A stretch of DNA of 63,699 nt, filler included, from an uncultured bacterium (GCA_964448115.1; 3 parts of 3 records of this genome joined end to end with filler, not necessarily neighbours in it), one strand, 5' to 3'; counted from the whole stretch's first letter, positions 1 to 10,879 are shown. Notes: generated by a model from the sequence alone, not told the origin. Made by a program: numbers and translations.

Positions 1-836
1 ATATCTACTTCACAGCCAAATACATGCTAGACTACAAGATGACCGAGCGCACATTAAACTGCGCCACTGCATGCAAGGTTTACTCTCCTACATGGTTCTG
101 GTGTGGCTCGGACAAGAGATACTGGGATGCGATGGAGAACAATCCGCGCAATGGATACTATGGCACCGATTACGGCGAGAATTGCATGCACTATACGACC
201 AGCCTAAACGCATTGATCGGCTTGGATGATGCAATCTCACCCAAATACATGGGGGAGGATATCCCGTTTTTCAAGGCTTATGCTGCACTTCTGGGAGTTT
301 TAGCGCTTATCCATGATGATGGAAGCGCTAGCATGTGCTATACACCAGATCCCTTGAGCAATCATTTTGGCTTCAACCGCTTTAGCGGCGATGTAGGCTT
401 GTGCCTCTATGGTTATCTGAGGGGGGCGCAGGCTTTCGTGGTTCCAGTGTTCCGCAACCTGGGTCTTTCCACTGAGAAAGGATTTGGTTGCCAGATTATG
501 GAAACTGATCAAAGACATCTAAAAGTTAAGATGAACAATGGCGTGGATCAACGCTTCAACTATCCAGACAGGGAGTTCTACCTGAGCGTGGATAGGTGCC
601 GCATCGATACGCTTACCTTAGATAGAGACAAAAGAAGCGTTCGACTAACCATCCAAAATGAGACACCGGTAGATTGCAGGGTGAATATCGAGGTTCAGGG
701 CTTATGGGGCAAAGAATTCACCGTATATCTAGACGACCGCTTGATCGGCACAGCTAGCATCAAGGATGGCACCATCACAGCACTAGCCTCCATATCGGCG
801 GGGAAAAGCAGTAAGGTCAAAATAAGCTCAAGATAA
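1..836 (+). CDS. C-terminal part of a large putative glycoside-hydrolase-like protein (DUF5695-like), 5'-truncated by the window
   Basis: The frame is open upstream of the ORF-track ATG at 24 (IYFTAKYM...). Aromatic-rich WFWCGSDKRYWD and HYTTSLN segments precede a beta-rich C-terminus. Family recalled from memory only. Confidence 0.45.
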   Translation, partial: IYFTAKYMLDYKMTERTLNCATACKVYSPTWFWCGSDKRYWDAMENNPRNGYYGTDYGENCMHYTTSLNALIGLDDAISPKYMGEDIPFFKAYAALLGVLALIHDDGSASMCYTPDPLSNHFGFNRFSGDVGLCLYGYLRGAQAFVVPVFRNLGLSTEKGFGCQIMETDQRHLKVKMNNGVDQRFNYPDREFYLSVDRCRIDTLTLDRDKRSVRLTIQNETPVDCRVNIEVQGLWGKEFTVYLDDRLIGTASIKDGTITALASISAGKSSKVKISSR

Positions 837-1505
837 TCATAATTTATATGATAATCCTAAAACTAGATTCAGGCTACCTAGATCGAACTTGTCATCTTTG
901 TTTATGTTGCTAAGTTCAAGATAACTGAAAAATATCGTTTCCAAGGCGATGCTGATCTTTATTCTATTTATTTGCTTATCTGCCCCGATCTTCGTATAAA
1001 GACCCATGCTATAGTGTTGTCTATTATAGGATTCCTCTATATAACTACCAAAAGGATATGTCTGTTTAATCTTATAGTTTACTCTGGAACATCGAGCAGT
1101 AATGCCACCACTTATATAGGGTTTTAAGTTGCCATTCAAGAGCAAGCGTTTGTACCCCAGTTTTAAATCCCATATTTTTAAGCTCCCTTGTGATGAAGTA
1201 CAAATATTACCCAGGTAATTCTTACGGTTGGAATGGAGGTCAGTTAGATTATACCCGATCCCCGTTTCAAGAAAGTTGCATCTGCTAAAATAAACCTCGT
1301 ATCCTAGTGATATTCTAATGCCTAACATCTCCTTCCTGGATAGTCCAGCAGCCTTATCAAAATAATCCCAGGTTGGACTATTGGCATAGGGCATCGATAC
1401 TCCCATATCTGCACATAAGAACCAATCTATCCCAAGACATGAGTTGTGCCATAAAAAGATGGATAACAAGATAAATTTTAATGTATTTCTTAAAATTCCA
1501 ACCAA
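837..1505 (-). CDS. Putative outer-membrane beta-barrel protein
   Basis: Signal peptide, alternating beta strands (LKPYISGGI, MGLYTKIGAD) and C-terminal LVLGLSYKL resembling a beta-signal. AT-rich. Confidence 0.65.
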   Translation of the reverse strand: MVGILRNTLKFILLSIFLWHNSCLGIDWFLCADMGVSMPYANSPTWDYFDKAAGLSRKEMLGIRISLGYEVYFSRCNFLETGIGYNLTDLHSNRKNYLGNICTSSQGSLKIWDLKLGYKRLLLNGNLKPYISGGITARCSRVNYKIKQTYPFGSYIEESYNRQHYSMGLYTKIGADKQINRIKISIALETIFFSYLELSNINKDDKFDLGSLNLVLGLSYKL

Positions 1506-3066
1506 CTTATGTCCTCATCATCAGGAATAAATACAGGTATCATTTCCGTGGGGGTCTCTATTTCAACATATCTATCTCCCTGTAAAACAAGGTTCATATC
1601 CCACAAATATCGCCACCGTCCCTCTGGCAAGGGAAACCTCCAAGTATATGCTCCCGGGGCATATACCGGGGCGACCAGGAAGCTCTCTCCTAACATGAAA
1701 GTTACCGGTTGGGTATCAAGAGGGATCATTGGTGGTAAAGAGTCTTCATTGCAGTACTGAAAGGCAATTTGCGCCAGGTAATCCTTCAAATTCTCATGTA
1801 AGCGGCAGTATTTGGAATAAACCTCAAGCACAAGCTCTGAGTCCTCCCAGCAGTTTTCCTTCCAAGGCTCACGACAGCCGGATCCACCAAGCTCCATGAT
1901 GGGGCAAAAGGCAGCAAACTGGACCCATCGACAAAACAGCTCATCGGTCAGGCGATCACACCCACTGACCCTTGGATTCCATCCGCCGATATCAGAACCT
2001 ATGAAAGGATAGTGCTGGCATCTCTCCATGATATAACCGATAGCCTCTGCAAGCCCGATCCAGTCGCTATGCCGGTCATCTGCATTATTGGAACCAACCA
2101 GTCCCCTATTACCCTCTGCTCGGGAAAATGTGATCAAACCTAGACATCTGGAGAATCCGTATATCTCCTGGTAGTATTTTTCCTGATAATCTTTATCATC
2201 AATTCCAGGTGAATCGACCTTGAAGCCGTGGAAACCGATATCGATAGCTCTTTGTAGCAATCCATGCCACCAAGCGACCGCCTCACGATTATCGAAATCT
2301 ATTAGACCTCCCTCTCCCAGCCACCATTCAACATCCTCGTAGCCCTCGTGGAAGTAGCCATGCTGTAAGGCATGATCATATAAAATTCCACAGTTTCTGT
2401 TGATGTGCGGTGTCATCCAAGCCAATACCTTATAGCCACGCCTATTCAATTCTTCCATCATTTCCTGGGGGGCTGGAAAATCAAGGCTATTAAACTCGAA
2501 CGAGTTGAAACAGCTATGCCACGGCGCATCGATGATCAGCACTCGGCAGGGCAGATCTAAACTTTCCATAATGTTGACCTCTTCCAGCAGGCTCTGCTGG
2601 GTATAGTGCTCCTGCCATTTCCAGGGACTGAAGATAGCCTTGTCAGGTGAGGGTGGCATGTCGGAGACCACGACATCAACAGTTGGCGATATGGCTAATA
2701 GATGACCATGATCGTTCAAGNNNNNNNNNNATGGTAACCAGCACCGTTTTCAAGTCCATCAAATACATAACTATCTGCTGGATTTTGTATCAGTATTTGA
2801 TATTGGTAATCTCTTGTTTCATCAAATAAGTTCAACTCGAAATATCTAACATCGGTATGCGAGGCAACATTCCAAAGGCAATAGATTACCCGATCTCCAC
2901 CAATACATTTTAATGAATCGATTCCATAGGGATCATCTTCAGAAATACGAAAAGTTGGCAAATTGGTGTTTGTTATCTCATTATTATTATCAGAACATCC
3001 TATTGCTAATTGCAGGAATACAATTACTATAACAAAAACCAAACTCCTGAGAGGGTTTGAATCCAT
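1490..3066 (-). CDS. Lipoprotein with FN3-like domain plus GH31 TIM barrel; probably one gene split by the 10-N gap
   Basis: 2731-3066 has lipobox LAIG-C and FN3-like YVFDGLENG. 1490-2719 has IIDAPW, GFKVD (nucleophile region), GSDIGG, RWVQFAAF, FMLGESFLVAPV and LPEGRW, typical of GH31. Confidence 0.75.
2721..2730. other. Scaffold gap (10 N)
   Basis: Run of N in the sequence. Confidence 0.99.
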
Positions 3067-3100
3067 GCCTTATATTACCTCCGTCTATACATGACTTGGA

Positions 3101-5308
3101 TCATTGATTTAAGCTAGCCAACAGATCCTTGGCTTTCATGGCAAAGGGATCCGTAGGCGGGGATTCATCTATAATGGCTTGCAGATCTATTCTAGCATAG
3201 TTGCTGCTCTGATTATTCATGTATATTTTAGCCCTTTCAAGCCTTGCTTTGTTTCGAATCTCCAGTGATGTAAAGTTATCGATAATATATGAATACTTAT
3301 CAAGGGCAGCCAATGGTAAATCGATATCCTCAAGAAATCGTGCGTAATCGAAGATGACCTGCGCCTGCATCTCTTTATTGGCTATTGAATCGATGTTATC
3401 GAAGAGCATTTGGTATTCAAGCTCCATGCGATTCTTATCGTCAAGTTTCTTATATATCGATATCTTTGTTATACGAGCATTGGCAACGAACTGATGGTCT
3501 TGAAGAGAATCTAGCGCTTTTTCCAACTCGGTGATCGCCTGGTTAAGTTTTCCTTGTTTTTCCAGCACTAGTCCTTTGTAATAATGTGCTTTCGGTATGA
3601 GCTTATGATTCGGGAATTCATTCACAAAGTCGCTGAACATCTTGTAAGCCTTATCAAGATTCTCGTTTCTTAGCGCCTCTTCCCCACCATTAAAAAGGTA
3701 TAATGATCTTCCGATCAAGGCATTTTCATCATCAGGTTCCTTTTTCTTTTCCGTTCTTTTTTTGATTATCTTATCAGCCTCGGCTATTACTCGTTGTGCG
3801 CTCTTATCGGAATCAAGGCTTTCCTCCCTTAGCCATAGGTATCCCTTATACCCGCAAAAAGCAACCAGTATGATTAGAAGAAGAATAAAAAATGCGGTTT
3901 TATTGACCGAAAAGAACTCCTTCACCTCGTCCCAGAATGAAGGTAACGGCGCATAGATTAGTGTAGGAGCCGCCGCTTCATTTATCTTTTTCTGTTCGCC
4001 GGTCTGCAACTTGATTGGTGAATAGATCCCAGAGTCAAGCATGTCAATCGAACCCAACAAGGCTCGCAATTGATTTTTTACATAAGGATCGCCCGGTTTT
4101 ACTCGCCTTGCCCGTCTATAATACTTGATAGCCTCGATTATGTTGCCGCTCTTTTGATGTTGCTTGGCAAGCTGCATTAGTGCCTGGTAATTAGTAGGGT
4201 CGGATGCTACCTTGCGTTGGAGTTCTTCAATCTGAGGGCTGCTTACGGGATCGATATTTATGGTTTCCTTGGAACCGATTCGTGTAATATAGCTCTTTGC
4301 ATCCTTGTGATCGGGTTTCAGGTATAATGCCCTATAGAATTCAAGAAGGGCAGCATTTCGATTGCTCTCATCCTCGTAGTATAAGGACTTGCCTCTCTCG
4401 AAGAACTTCTCGGCTTCCTTATCATGCATGCTTTCAGAGTAACGAAGGGGATCTTGCAGGAAATCGAAAAGATCCTTGGAGCCGATAGTTACTTGACTTT
4501 CTTTAATGAATCGTTTGATATCCTCTCGAATTTCCCTGATATTTTGATAGCGGTAGATGATCTCCTTTGCCAGCATCCTCTCACAGAGATCCTCGATCTC
4601 TACAGGGATTGTAGGATCGATCTCGAAGAGCGGCTTGGGATGTTGGCGAGCTATCTTCATTATTGCTCCAGCAACGGTTTCATCCTCGAAGGGATTCCAG
4701 CCAGCGATCATCTCATAAAAAACGATGCCGGCGGAAAATATATCAGAACGGTAATCGATATCCTTGCTGCCTCGAACCTGTTCCGGAGACATGTATGATG
4801 GCGTTCCAACCAACTGCCCGCTTTGGGTTAGCTTTGTAAAGTCGAGAACCTTGGATATGCCAAAATCAGTCAGCTTCACCCTGCCTTTGCTAGTTATCAA
4901 GATGTTGGCAGGCTTGATATCTCGATGGATGATCCCCAATTGGTGCGAATAATCTAACGCCTTGAGCACCTCATCGAGGATATACAATGCAATATTTAAC
5001 GGGATATCCCTGGCTTTTTGAAGCAGGTCCCGCAAGGTTGTACCCTCGATATACTCCATAGCCATGAAGTAGGTGCCCTCAAAATATCCCCCATCATAGA
5101 TCCTAACGATATTCTTGTGATCCAGCCTTGTGTTTGCCTCCACCTCGTGGATGAATCGTTTTATATACTGTTCATCTTCCATGATGTGATCGTGTAGCAC
5201 CTTAAGCGCATAGAATTCATCATCTTTTTCAGCGAGATATATAACCGCCATACCCCCCTTGCCGATAATCTCCCTGATCTTATAGCCTTTGATTACTCTT
5301 CCAATCAT
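3101..5308 (-). CDS. Hanks-type Ser/Thr protein kinase with cytoplasmic TPRs, one TM helix and extracytoplasmic TPRs
   Basis: GKGGMA, ALK, HRDIKPAN, DFG and GTPSYMSPEQ motifs. TM segment AFFILLLIILVAFCGY. TPR helices on both sides. Confidence 0.92.
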   Translation of the reverse strand: MIGRVIKGYKIREIIGKGGMAVIYLAEKDDEFYALKVLHDHIMEDEQYIKRFIHEVEANTRLDHKNIVRIYDGGYFEGTYFMAMEYIEGTTLRDLLQKARDIPLNIALYILDEVLKALDYSHQLGIIHRDIKPANILITSKGRVKLTDFGISKVLDFTKLTQSGQLVGTPSYMSPEQVRGSKDIDYRSDIFSAGIVFYEMIAGWNPFEDETVAGAIMKIARQHPKPLFEIDPTIPVEIEDLCERMLAKEIIYRYQNIREIREDIKRFIKESQVTIGSKDLFDFLQDPLRYSESMHDKEAEKFFERGKSLYYEDESNRNAALLEFYRALYLKPDHKDAKSYITRIGSKETINIDPVSSPQIEELQRKVASDPTNYQALMQLAKQHQKSGNIIEAIKYYRRARRVKPGDPYVKNQLRALLGSIDMLDSGIYSPIKLQTGEQKKINEAAAPTLIYAPLPSFWDEVKEFFSVNKTAFFILLLIILVAFCGYKGYLWLREESLDSDKSAQRVIAEADKIIKKRTEKKKEPDDENALIGRSLYLFNGGEEALRNENLDKAYKMFSDFVNEFPNHKLIPKAHYYKGLVLEKQGKLNQAITELEKALDSLQDHQFVANARITKISIYKKLDDKNRMELEYQMLFDNIDSIANKEMQAQVIFDYARFLEDIDLPLAALDKYSYIIDNFTSLEIRNKARLERAKIYMNNQSSNYARIDLQAIIDESPPTDPFAMKAKDLLASLNQ

Positions 5309-5345
5309 GGTGCAATGTGAATTAATTAATATGATACAAGAGTGC

Positions 5346-7114
5346 TTACGGGGTATATTCTATCTCAAAGGTCGGTTCACCTGTTTCCTCAGATTCTCCC
5401 TCCTTGAGTTGCTCAAGATAGATCAGGAATCCAGGATGTCCCTTGTAGCCCCTGGTAACCGCATTGATATAGTATTGCTCAGCTAATACGAGATTTACCG
5501 GGGTCGCGGTAGCATAAAGCACAGCCATGTAATAATAGGGTTTACCATCCTGTGGAACCAGCTCGGTCAACTTTTCATAAGCCTCAAGGGCTTTCTTGCG
5601 TAGATCCAATGCCGTATAGGCTTCAGCAAGATTATAGTACGCATCGACATAATCCGCATCCAGCTCAACAGCCTTATTAAAACAAAAGACTGCGTTATAA
5701 AGATCCCCGCTCTGTCTGTATGCTATACCAAGATTATTGTATATCTTCGGATTATCCGGGATCTCTTTGAGTATCTCATCGAACATCTTGATTGCTTTCT
5801 CAGATGCCCCCATCTTGAAGTAAGCGGTAGCGAGATTAAAACGGGCATCATTGAGGGTTTTATCAACTAATAATGCTTTCTCTAAGACACGCACCGCCTC
5901 AGAGTAGTTCTCCATGTTCATGTAAGCAACCCCAAGGCGCTTAAGAATTTCTGTGTTGGTGGGGAATTTATAAGAAGCCCTGCTCAGTACCTGGACGGTC
6001 ATTTGGTATTTGCCGAGCTGATTGAAGACGACTCCAAGATTGCTGTAAGCAAGCTGATATTCAGGATCAATGCCTATCACCTGTCTATATAGGTCGATGC
6101 ACTTGTTAAATTCTCCTGCTCGGTAACATATCTCAGCCAACTTCATCTTTGCCTTTATATCATTGGGAATGGTCTCCACGATCCTCTCGAACTGCTTGCG
6201 TGCTTGTTCAGTTTGTTGATTGTTCAGCAAAGAGACACCCAAGTAATACCTGGCAAGATAGAAGTTTTCATCCTGCTCAACAGCTTGACTGAATCGTTCA
6301 GCAGCTCTCTTGTAGTTACCATCCTCGAAGGCAAGCATGCCCAGATTATAATAAACCAAAGAGAAAGAAGGTTCTTTTGCTGGCTGATAGCAGACCATAA
6401 AAGCTGCAAGTATTAAAATCACCATATTGAGAAATAATAAAACCCTTTTCTTGGAAATGAGGTTGAATAAATACTTAATGCCATAAACTGCAAATAAAAT
6501 CATGAAAGGAACCGCTGCCACTCGATAGTGTGCCAGTACAAAATAAAGGGTTAAGGAAAGAAAATAGGTCAATAACATCAAAATAGGCAAGAAAAACCGA
6601 TTGAATTCTCTGAAACTAAGAACAAAACCGACCAAGGCAAACGGTGCGATGAATATAAATGATAATGAATATTGCAGGATCAAAGAATGCTGCTTGAACC
6701 AGTAATAATTAAGATTTACCGGTGCCTCGTATTTATTCCAGAAAAGAAGGGCTTTTCTGAATAGTAATTTTGCCCATTCTCCAGGGTTCTGCCTTATCCA
6801 TGCCCAAGCTTGAGCATACCAATACCTTGAGCTCTCGCTCAGTTTCAGCTCTCTTCCAATTTTCTCAGAGGCAATCTTTTGAGCATCCTCTATAAGCTCT
6901 GCCGTTCCAGGACGCATGTTAGCCGGGGTCTCAAAATAGCCAGTAGCTCGAGGATTATTTCCAATATAAAAGTTAATCCCCCCCGAGGCGCTAATCAATA
7001 CTATATCATCTCCAACAATAGCATTATGTAATGTAACCGGCAGTATAACTAGGAAGCTTCCTAGAAGTGCGGGGATAATTATATGCAACCATCTCTCTCG
7101 CCAGGAAAGATTCT
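5346..7114 (-). CDS. Multi-TM GT-C-like (family 39/PMT-like) membrane protein with C-terminal TPR array; 5'-truncated at contig end
   Basis: GGINFYIGNNP loop, several TM helices, HYRVAAVP, then about 8 TPRs (YYNLG, YSNLG, YNNLG). Confidence 0.7.
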
Positions 7115-7214
7115 NNNNNNNNNNNNNNNNNNNNNNNNNNNNNNNNNNNNNNNNNNNNTTAATTAATTAANNNNNNNNNNNNNNNNNNNNNNNNNNNNNN
7201 NNNNNNNNNNNNNN
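7115..7214. other. Artificial contig linker N44-TTAATTAATTAA-N44
   Basis: Six-frame stop spacer at 7159-7170 flanked by 44 N on each side. Confidence 0.97.
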
Positions 7215-8123
7215 CATGGTCGGCGTGGCGGTTATCTCCGAGGTCGCAGTACTGGTCGGCGTCGAGGTCGGGGTATTTGTTGGAGTTGCCTCCGGACCAA
7301 TTATTTCTATAAGATAATCTTCGGTCTCGCCATAGACATATTTACCCTGCGGAGCGCTCCCATCCCAGCCGAAGAAGACCGGCTTGCCCTGCCATGGGGG
7401 AAAATCATCTGTGCTAATAGGCTCTCTGGTGAGAGTAACCCGCATCCAAGCCTTTCCTATGAGGTTTCCGGGCATAATGTCGATGTTGAACTCATTACAG
7501 TACCCCGGCTCTATATTAACCTCGTAGTTGACCACGCACCATTCAGGGATAGCTCTCGTCTCGCAGTAAACGCCCTCGGACCATTGACCATCCATGTTCC
7601 AGTCGATTAGTATATTGATGTATCTTGGACCTGGAGGTGCTGTCGGGCTTATCCCGACCACCACAAGTACATATCCTGGATTGTCATCGCAGACCCAAAA
7701 GAAGTAATCCTTTAAGCCATCATCATTGCCATCCCGATTGGAGTAGCAGATATTATAGTCTATGTTTGTCTGTCCATCCTCATCGGGCAGCATATCCGCA
7801 TCTCGCTCGTAGCTCACCGAGACTGGACAGTAAAATGGCATCCAGTCGAGCGGACCGAGCCACTCCATCTTGTCGTTACGATGGTTTATGCCGTGATTGC
7901 CTGGATACAAGCTGTTGGTGGTGTTGTAATCTGTAGGGAATGTACCCACTACCGTGTCGTAAGGGGGGCTGTATCCGCTGTACAAGATGCACGGTCTGTA
8001 TGCTGGATTATCGTCCGGCGCATCGCCGAAATCACCGTCAAGATAAGGCTCATAATCAGCATGAGCCAGCGCGCTCGCAAACAAAAGTAAAAATAAGCAA
8101 TAAAGATATCTTGGTCCTCTCAT
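7215..8123 (-). CDS. Secreted protein with GEVED-like domain and Pro/Thr linker; 3'-truncated at contig end
   Basis: Signal peptide ending AHA. DFGDAPD, IDWNMDGQW, WMRVTL and GETEDY motifs, then PTNTPTSTPT. Confidence 0.75.
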
Positions 8124-8209
8124 GTTAATTATCCTAATCCCTCGAGAAAGGTTGCTGATTGTTATCTCATATTAACCTGCCTATTATTTTGCCTAACCTT
8201 ATGTTAAAT

Positions 8210-8238
8210 AGGATAAAAAATAAAAGTTGCCTTGTCAA
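8210..8238 (-). promoter_or_regulatory. sigma70-type promoter TTGACA-N17-TATCCT for the GEVED protein
   Basis: On the minus strand, -35 at 8233-8238 and -10 at 8210-8215. Confidence 0.55.
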
Positions 8239-8420
8239 ATTTTTTCAAGAATGATCTTCAGCCTAACTTATGAGATTTTATAATAAAACTTGGTTTGACT
8301 ATCTTATCAAACATGACCTATTATAATTGAGATGGAAATGTATTTTTCATTGGAGTATGATTGGATAAAGTCCTTCAGAGATACACAAGGGCTTGTAGTT
8401 GATTAAAAAAGGGGGATGAA

Positions 8421-8987
8421 ATGAACCCAGGCACTAAAAGGATACTTTACGGTAATCTAAGTCATAACATTTCGCTTGGATATAATGCCAAGTATGCACT
8501 TTGTAGCGTCTCGCTTTTGGCGCTTGGCGCGACCTTTGAGCTAACCAGCAGATATGTTAAGGAGATGCAAGATGAGATCGCTGATTGGGAGGATGGCAGG
8601 AGAGTCGGCATTGGAGTTCTACCAAGGGGACCTTATGTTACAGTAGAAAAGAAGGGTAACCGTTTTCATTATCTTGGACGGGGGCTGAAAGATCCACACC
8701 TGTCATTATTATTCAAGAACCTCGAATCAGCAGTGCTCATCTTCACCGGTCAGCTCGGCGCAGCGCAGGCAGTCGCTGAAAACAGGGTCTGCGTGCACGG
8801 CGACAACTACCAGGCTATGCAGGTAACCAGGGCAATGGCTATCGTACAGACCTACCTGTTCCCTGGCATCATACTTAACAAGACCTTCAAGCGCCCACCT
8901 AAACTGAAAGCGGCTCAATTGGCTGTCAAGGCTAAGATCTATGCATTGCTTACGCCGATTATGGCATCCTTTTGGCTGCGAAAATGA
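8421..8987 (+). CDS. Hypothetical protein, possibly SCP2-like fold
   Basis: GGGGGA RBS before ATG, co-oriented with the ADH gene. Pattern LLFKNLESA...FTGQ...ENRVCVHGD resembles SCP2-like proteins. Confidence 0.55.
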   Translation: MNPGTKRILYGNLSHNISLGYNAKYALCSVSLLALGATFELTSRYVKEMQDEIADWEDGRRVGIGVLPRGPYVTVEKKGNRFHYLGRGLKDPHLSLLFKNLESAVLIFTGQLGAAQAVAENRVCVHGDNYQAMQVTRAMAIVQTYLFPGIILNKTFKRPPKLKAAQLAVKAKIYALLTPIMASFWLRK

Positions 8988-9057
8988 AAGTACAGATCGC
9001 TTTCATAAATAGATTATTATGATGGAAAAACAAAAACAATCGAAAAGGAGCATTGAG

Positions 9058-10233
9058 ATGGAACCAGCGTACTTCGAGTTTTTCTGCCCAGTTAAAATCC
9101 TGTGTGGTCGCAAGGCGCTACCCAATCTTCCTTATGAGCTGAAGCAGCTCGGCAGCAGCAAACCTATGGTCATCACCGATAAGGGCGTATTTGATGCAGG
9201 GCTGCTCGATAAGGTCAAGGCCGTCTTCGAGGATTCGGATATCGAGATCGCAAGCATCTATGCAGAGACGCCAGTAGATTCGAGCAATAAAGTGGTGAAC
9301 GAGATCGCCAGGCTGTATAAAAAGGTCGGCTGCGATGGACTGGTTGCTCTCGGCGGTGGCAGCGTTATCGATACCGCAAAAGGCGCCAACATGGTCATCT
9401 CCGAGGATACCGATGACCTGCTTAACCTCCAGGGTGTGGATCGCATCACCGCCAAGATGCAGCCCTTCATTGTTATACCGACCACGGCTGGAACCGGCTC
9501 CGAGGTTACGGCAGCAGCGGTGATCTACAACGAGGATAAAGGGTTAAAAATGGTTTTCACCTCCAACCGGCTGTATCCTAATGTAGCCATCATTGACCCG
9601 GTAATGACTATGACCATGCCTCCCTTGATTACCGCTGCCAGCGGCATGGATGCAATGACCCACGCCATCGAAGCGATGTATTCGCTGCAACGCAACCCCG
9701 TATCGGATGCGTATGCAACCGCTGCCATCAGGCTGGTGAACCGATACATAGAAAGAGCTGTAACCAAGAAGGATGATAAGGATGCAAGGCTTGGCATGGC
9801 TACCGCAGCGCTTCTAGCTGGCATGGCTTTCTCGAACTCCATGGTGTGCATCGTGCACGCAGTGGCGCATGCACTCGGCGGTATCGCGCATGTACCGCAT
9901 GGGATTGGAAATGCGATAATGCTTCCGTTTGGCATGGAGTACAACATGGATAAGGCTGCTAGTGTATTCGCAGAGATAGCGGGTTTACTTGGCGAGGATA
10001 TCAAGGGACTAACAGCAAAGGATGCAGGGATAAAGGCAGTAGAGAGGGTTCGCAAGCTCAATAAGTCTCTGAATAAAGCGTGTGGTATGCCGATTACGCT
10101 CAAAGAAGCCGGGGTCCAGGAAGATATGCTCCCCAAGATCGCCAAAGTGGCATACAACGATGGACCACTTACCTATAATCCAACCGAAGCGACCGAAGAG
10201 GAGATCCTGGCTCTGGTTAAGAGAGCTTATTAG
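9058..10233 (+). CDS. Iron-containing alcohol dehydrogenase
   Basis: GGGSVIDTAK, PTTAGTGSEVT, GMDAMTHAIE, HAVAHALGG and HG motifs. AAGGAG RBS favours a start at 9058. Confidence 0.93.
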   Translation: MEPAYFEFFCPVKILCGRKALPNLPYELKQLGSSKPMVITDKGVFDAGLLDKVKAVFEDSDIEIASIYAETPVDSSNKVVNEIARLYKKVGCDGLVALGGGSVIDTAKGANMVISEDTDDLLNLQGVDRITAKMQPFIVIPTTAGTGSEVTAAAVIYNEDKGLKMVFTSNRLYPNVAIIDPVMTMTMPPLITAASGMDAMTHAIEAMYSLQRNPVSDAYATAAIRLVNRYIERAVTKKDDKDARLGMATAALLAGMAFSNSMVCIVHAVAHALGGIAHVPHGIGNAIMLPFGMEYNMDKAASVFAEIAGLLGEDIKGLTAKDAGIKAVERVRKLNKSLNKACGMPITLKEAGVQEDMLPKIAKVAYNDGPLTYNPTEATEEEILALVKRAY

Positions 10234-10244
10234 CCATTAGATTT

Positions 10245-10295
10245 CTGTGATTCAGACAGTAATTTTATGATTGCTTAGATACTGATTATTAAGAA
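10245..10295 (+). mobile_element. Probable IS-end remnant (copy 1)
   Basis: CTGTGATTCAGACAGTAATTTT is identical to 38527-38548, with degenerate similarity for about 30 more bp. Confidence 0.45.
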
Positions 10296-10638
10296 TTTCT
10301 AAGCGTCATAAAAAAACCTAAATATTTCTGGCTACAGGCAATTTTTTCTATTGCAATATGAGCAGCGTTCTCAACGGTGATTTAGGTAGCCTCATGTACT
10401 ACAAGCGAACCAAACATCATCGTTTTGTTACTTCTACAAGGTAGATTTATTAAATTATCAAATTATTCTAATATAAATGGAATGATACCCCATTTTGGAT
10501 GGATATTTATTACAATAGGGCTTATGAACCACCCCTTCAAGCCAATATTCATAGGGGTATAATTTGAGGATCCAAGTGCCACTGCCATTTTTAAAAGCTC
10601 GATCTCGCAAATAAAGGCTTTGTCAAAAAAAGAATTAA

Positions 10639-10654
10639 TGTTCCATGTGGAACA
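10639..10654. promoter_or_regulatory. parS-like site TGTTCCATGTGGAACA
   Basis: One mismatch to the TGTTCCACGTGGAACA parS consensus. Identical copy at 42259. Confidence 0.75.
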
Positions 10655-10759
10655 TATGACTTAAATATTTGATTTTTTAGGTCGATTTTCTCCAAATCTA
10701 CATCAACGGACTCAAGTTTAAAAGCCCAAAACGAGGGGTGCTAATTGATCTATTTAGAT

Positions 10760-10879
10760 TAACTCGTTGATATTAAAGAATAATTTTTTTGAAATTTCCT
10801 TCCGAGGATCCTCGTGCCTCCATTTTTGCCCCCCAAATATCGTGCCAAAATGGCACGCAGAGGGGATAACTCGTTGATT
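10760..10879. promoter_or_regulatory. Two IHF-consensus sites (10760-10772, 10867-10879) flanking palindrome CGTGCCA-AAA-TGGCACG (10841-10857)
   Basis: TAACTCGTTGAT(A/T) matches YAANNNNTTGATW twice. Confidence 0.5.

Noticed and set aside
2716-2730. Frameshift or pseudogene in the GH31 gene
   Set aside because: The frame break coincides with a placeholder 10-N gap of unknown true length.
7115-7214. TTAATTAATTAA palindrome inside N runs (also 38582-38681)
   Set aside because: Standard six-frame-stop contig linker. It is not biological, and gene adjacency across it is meaningless.
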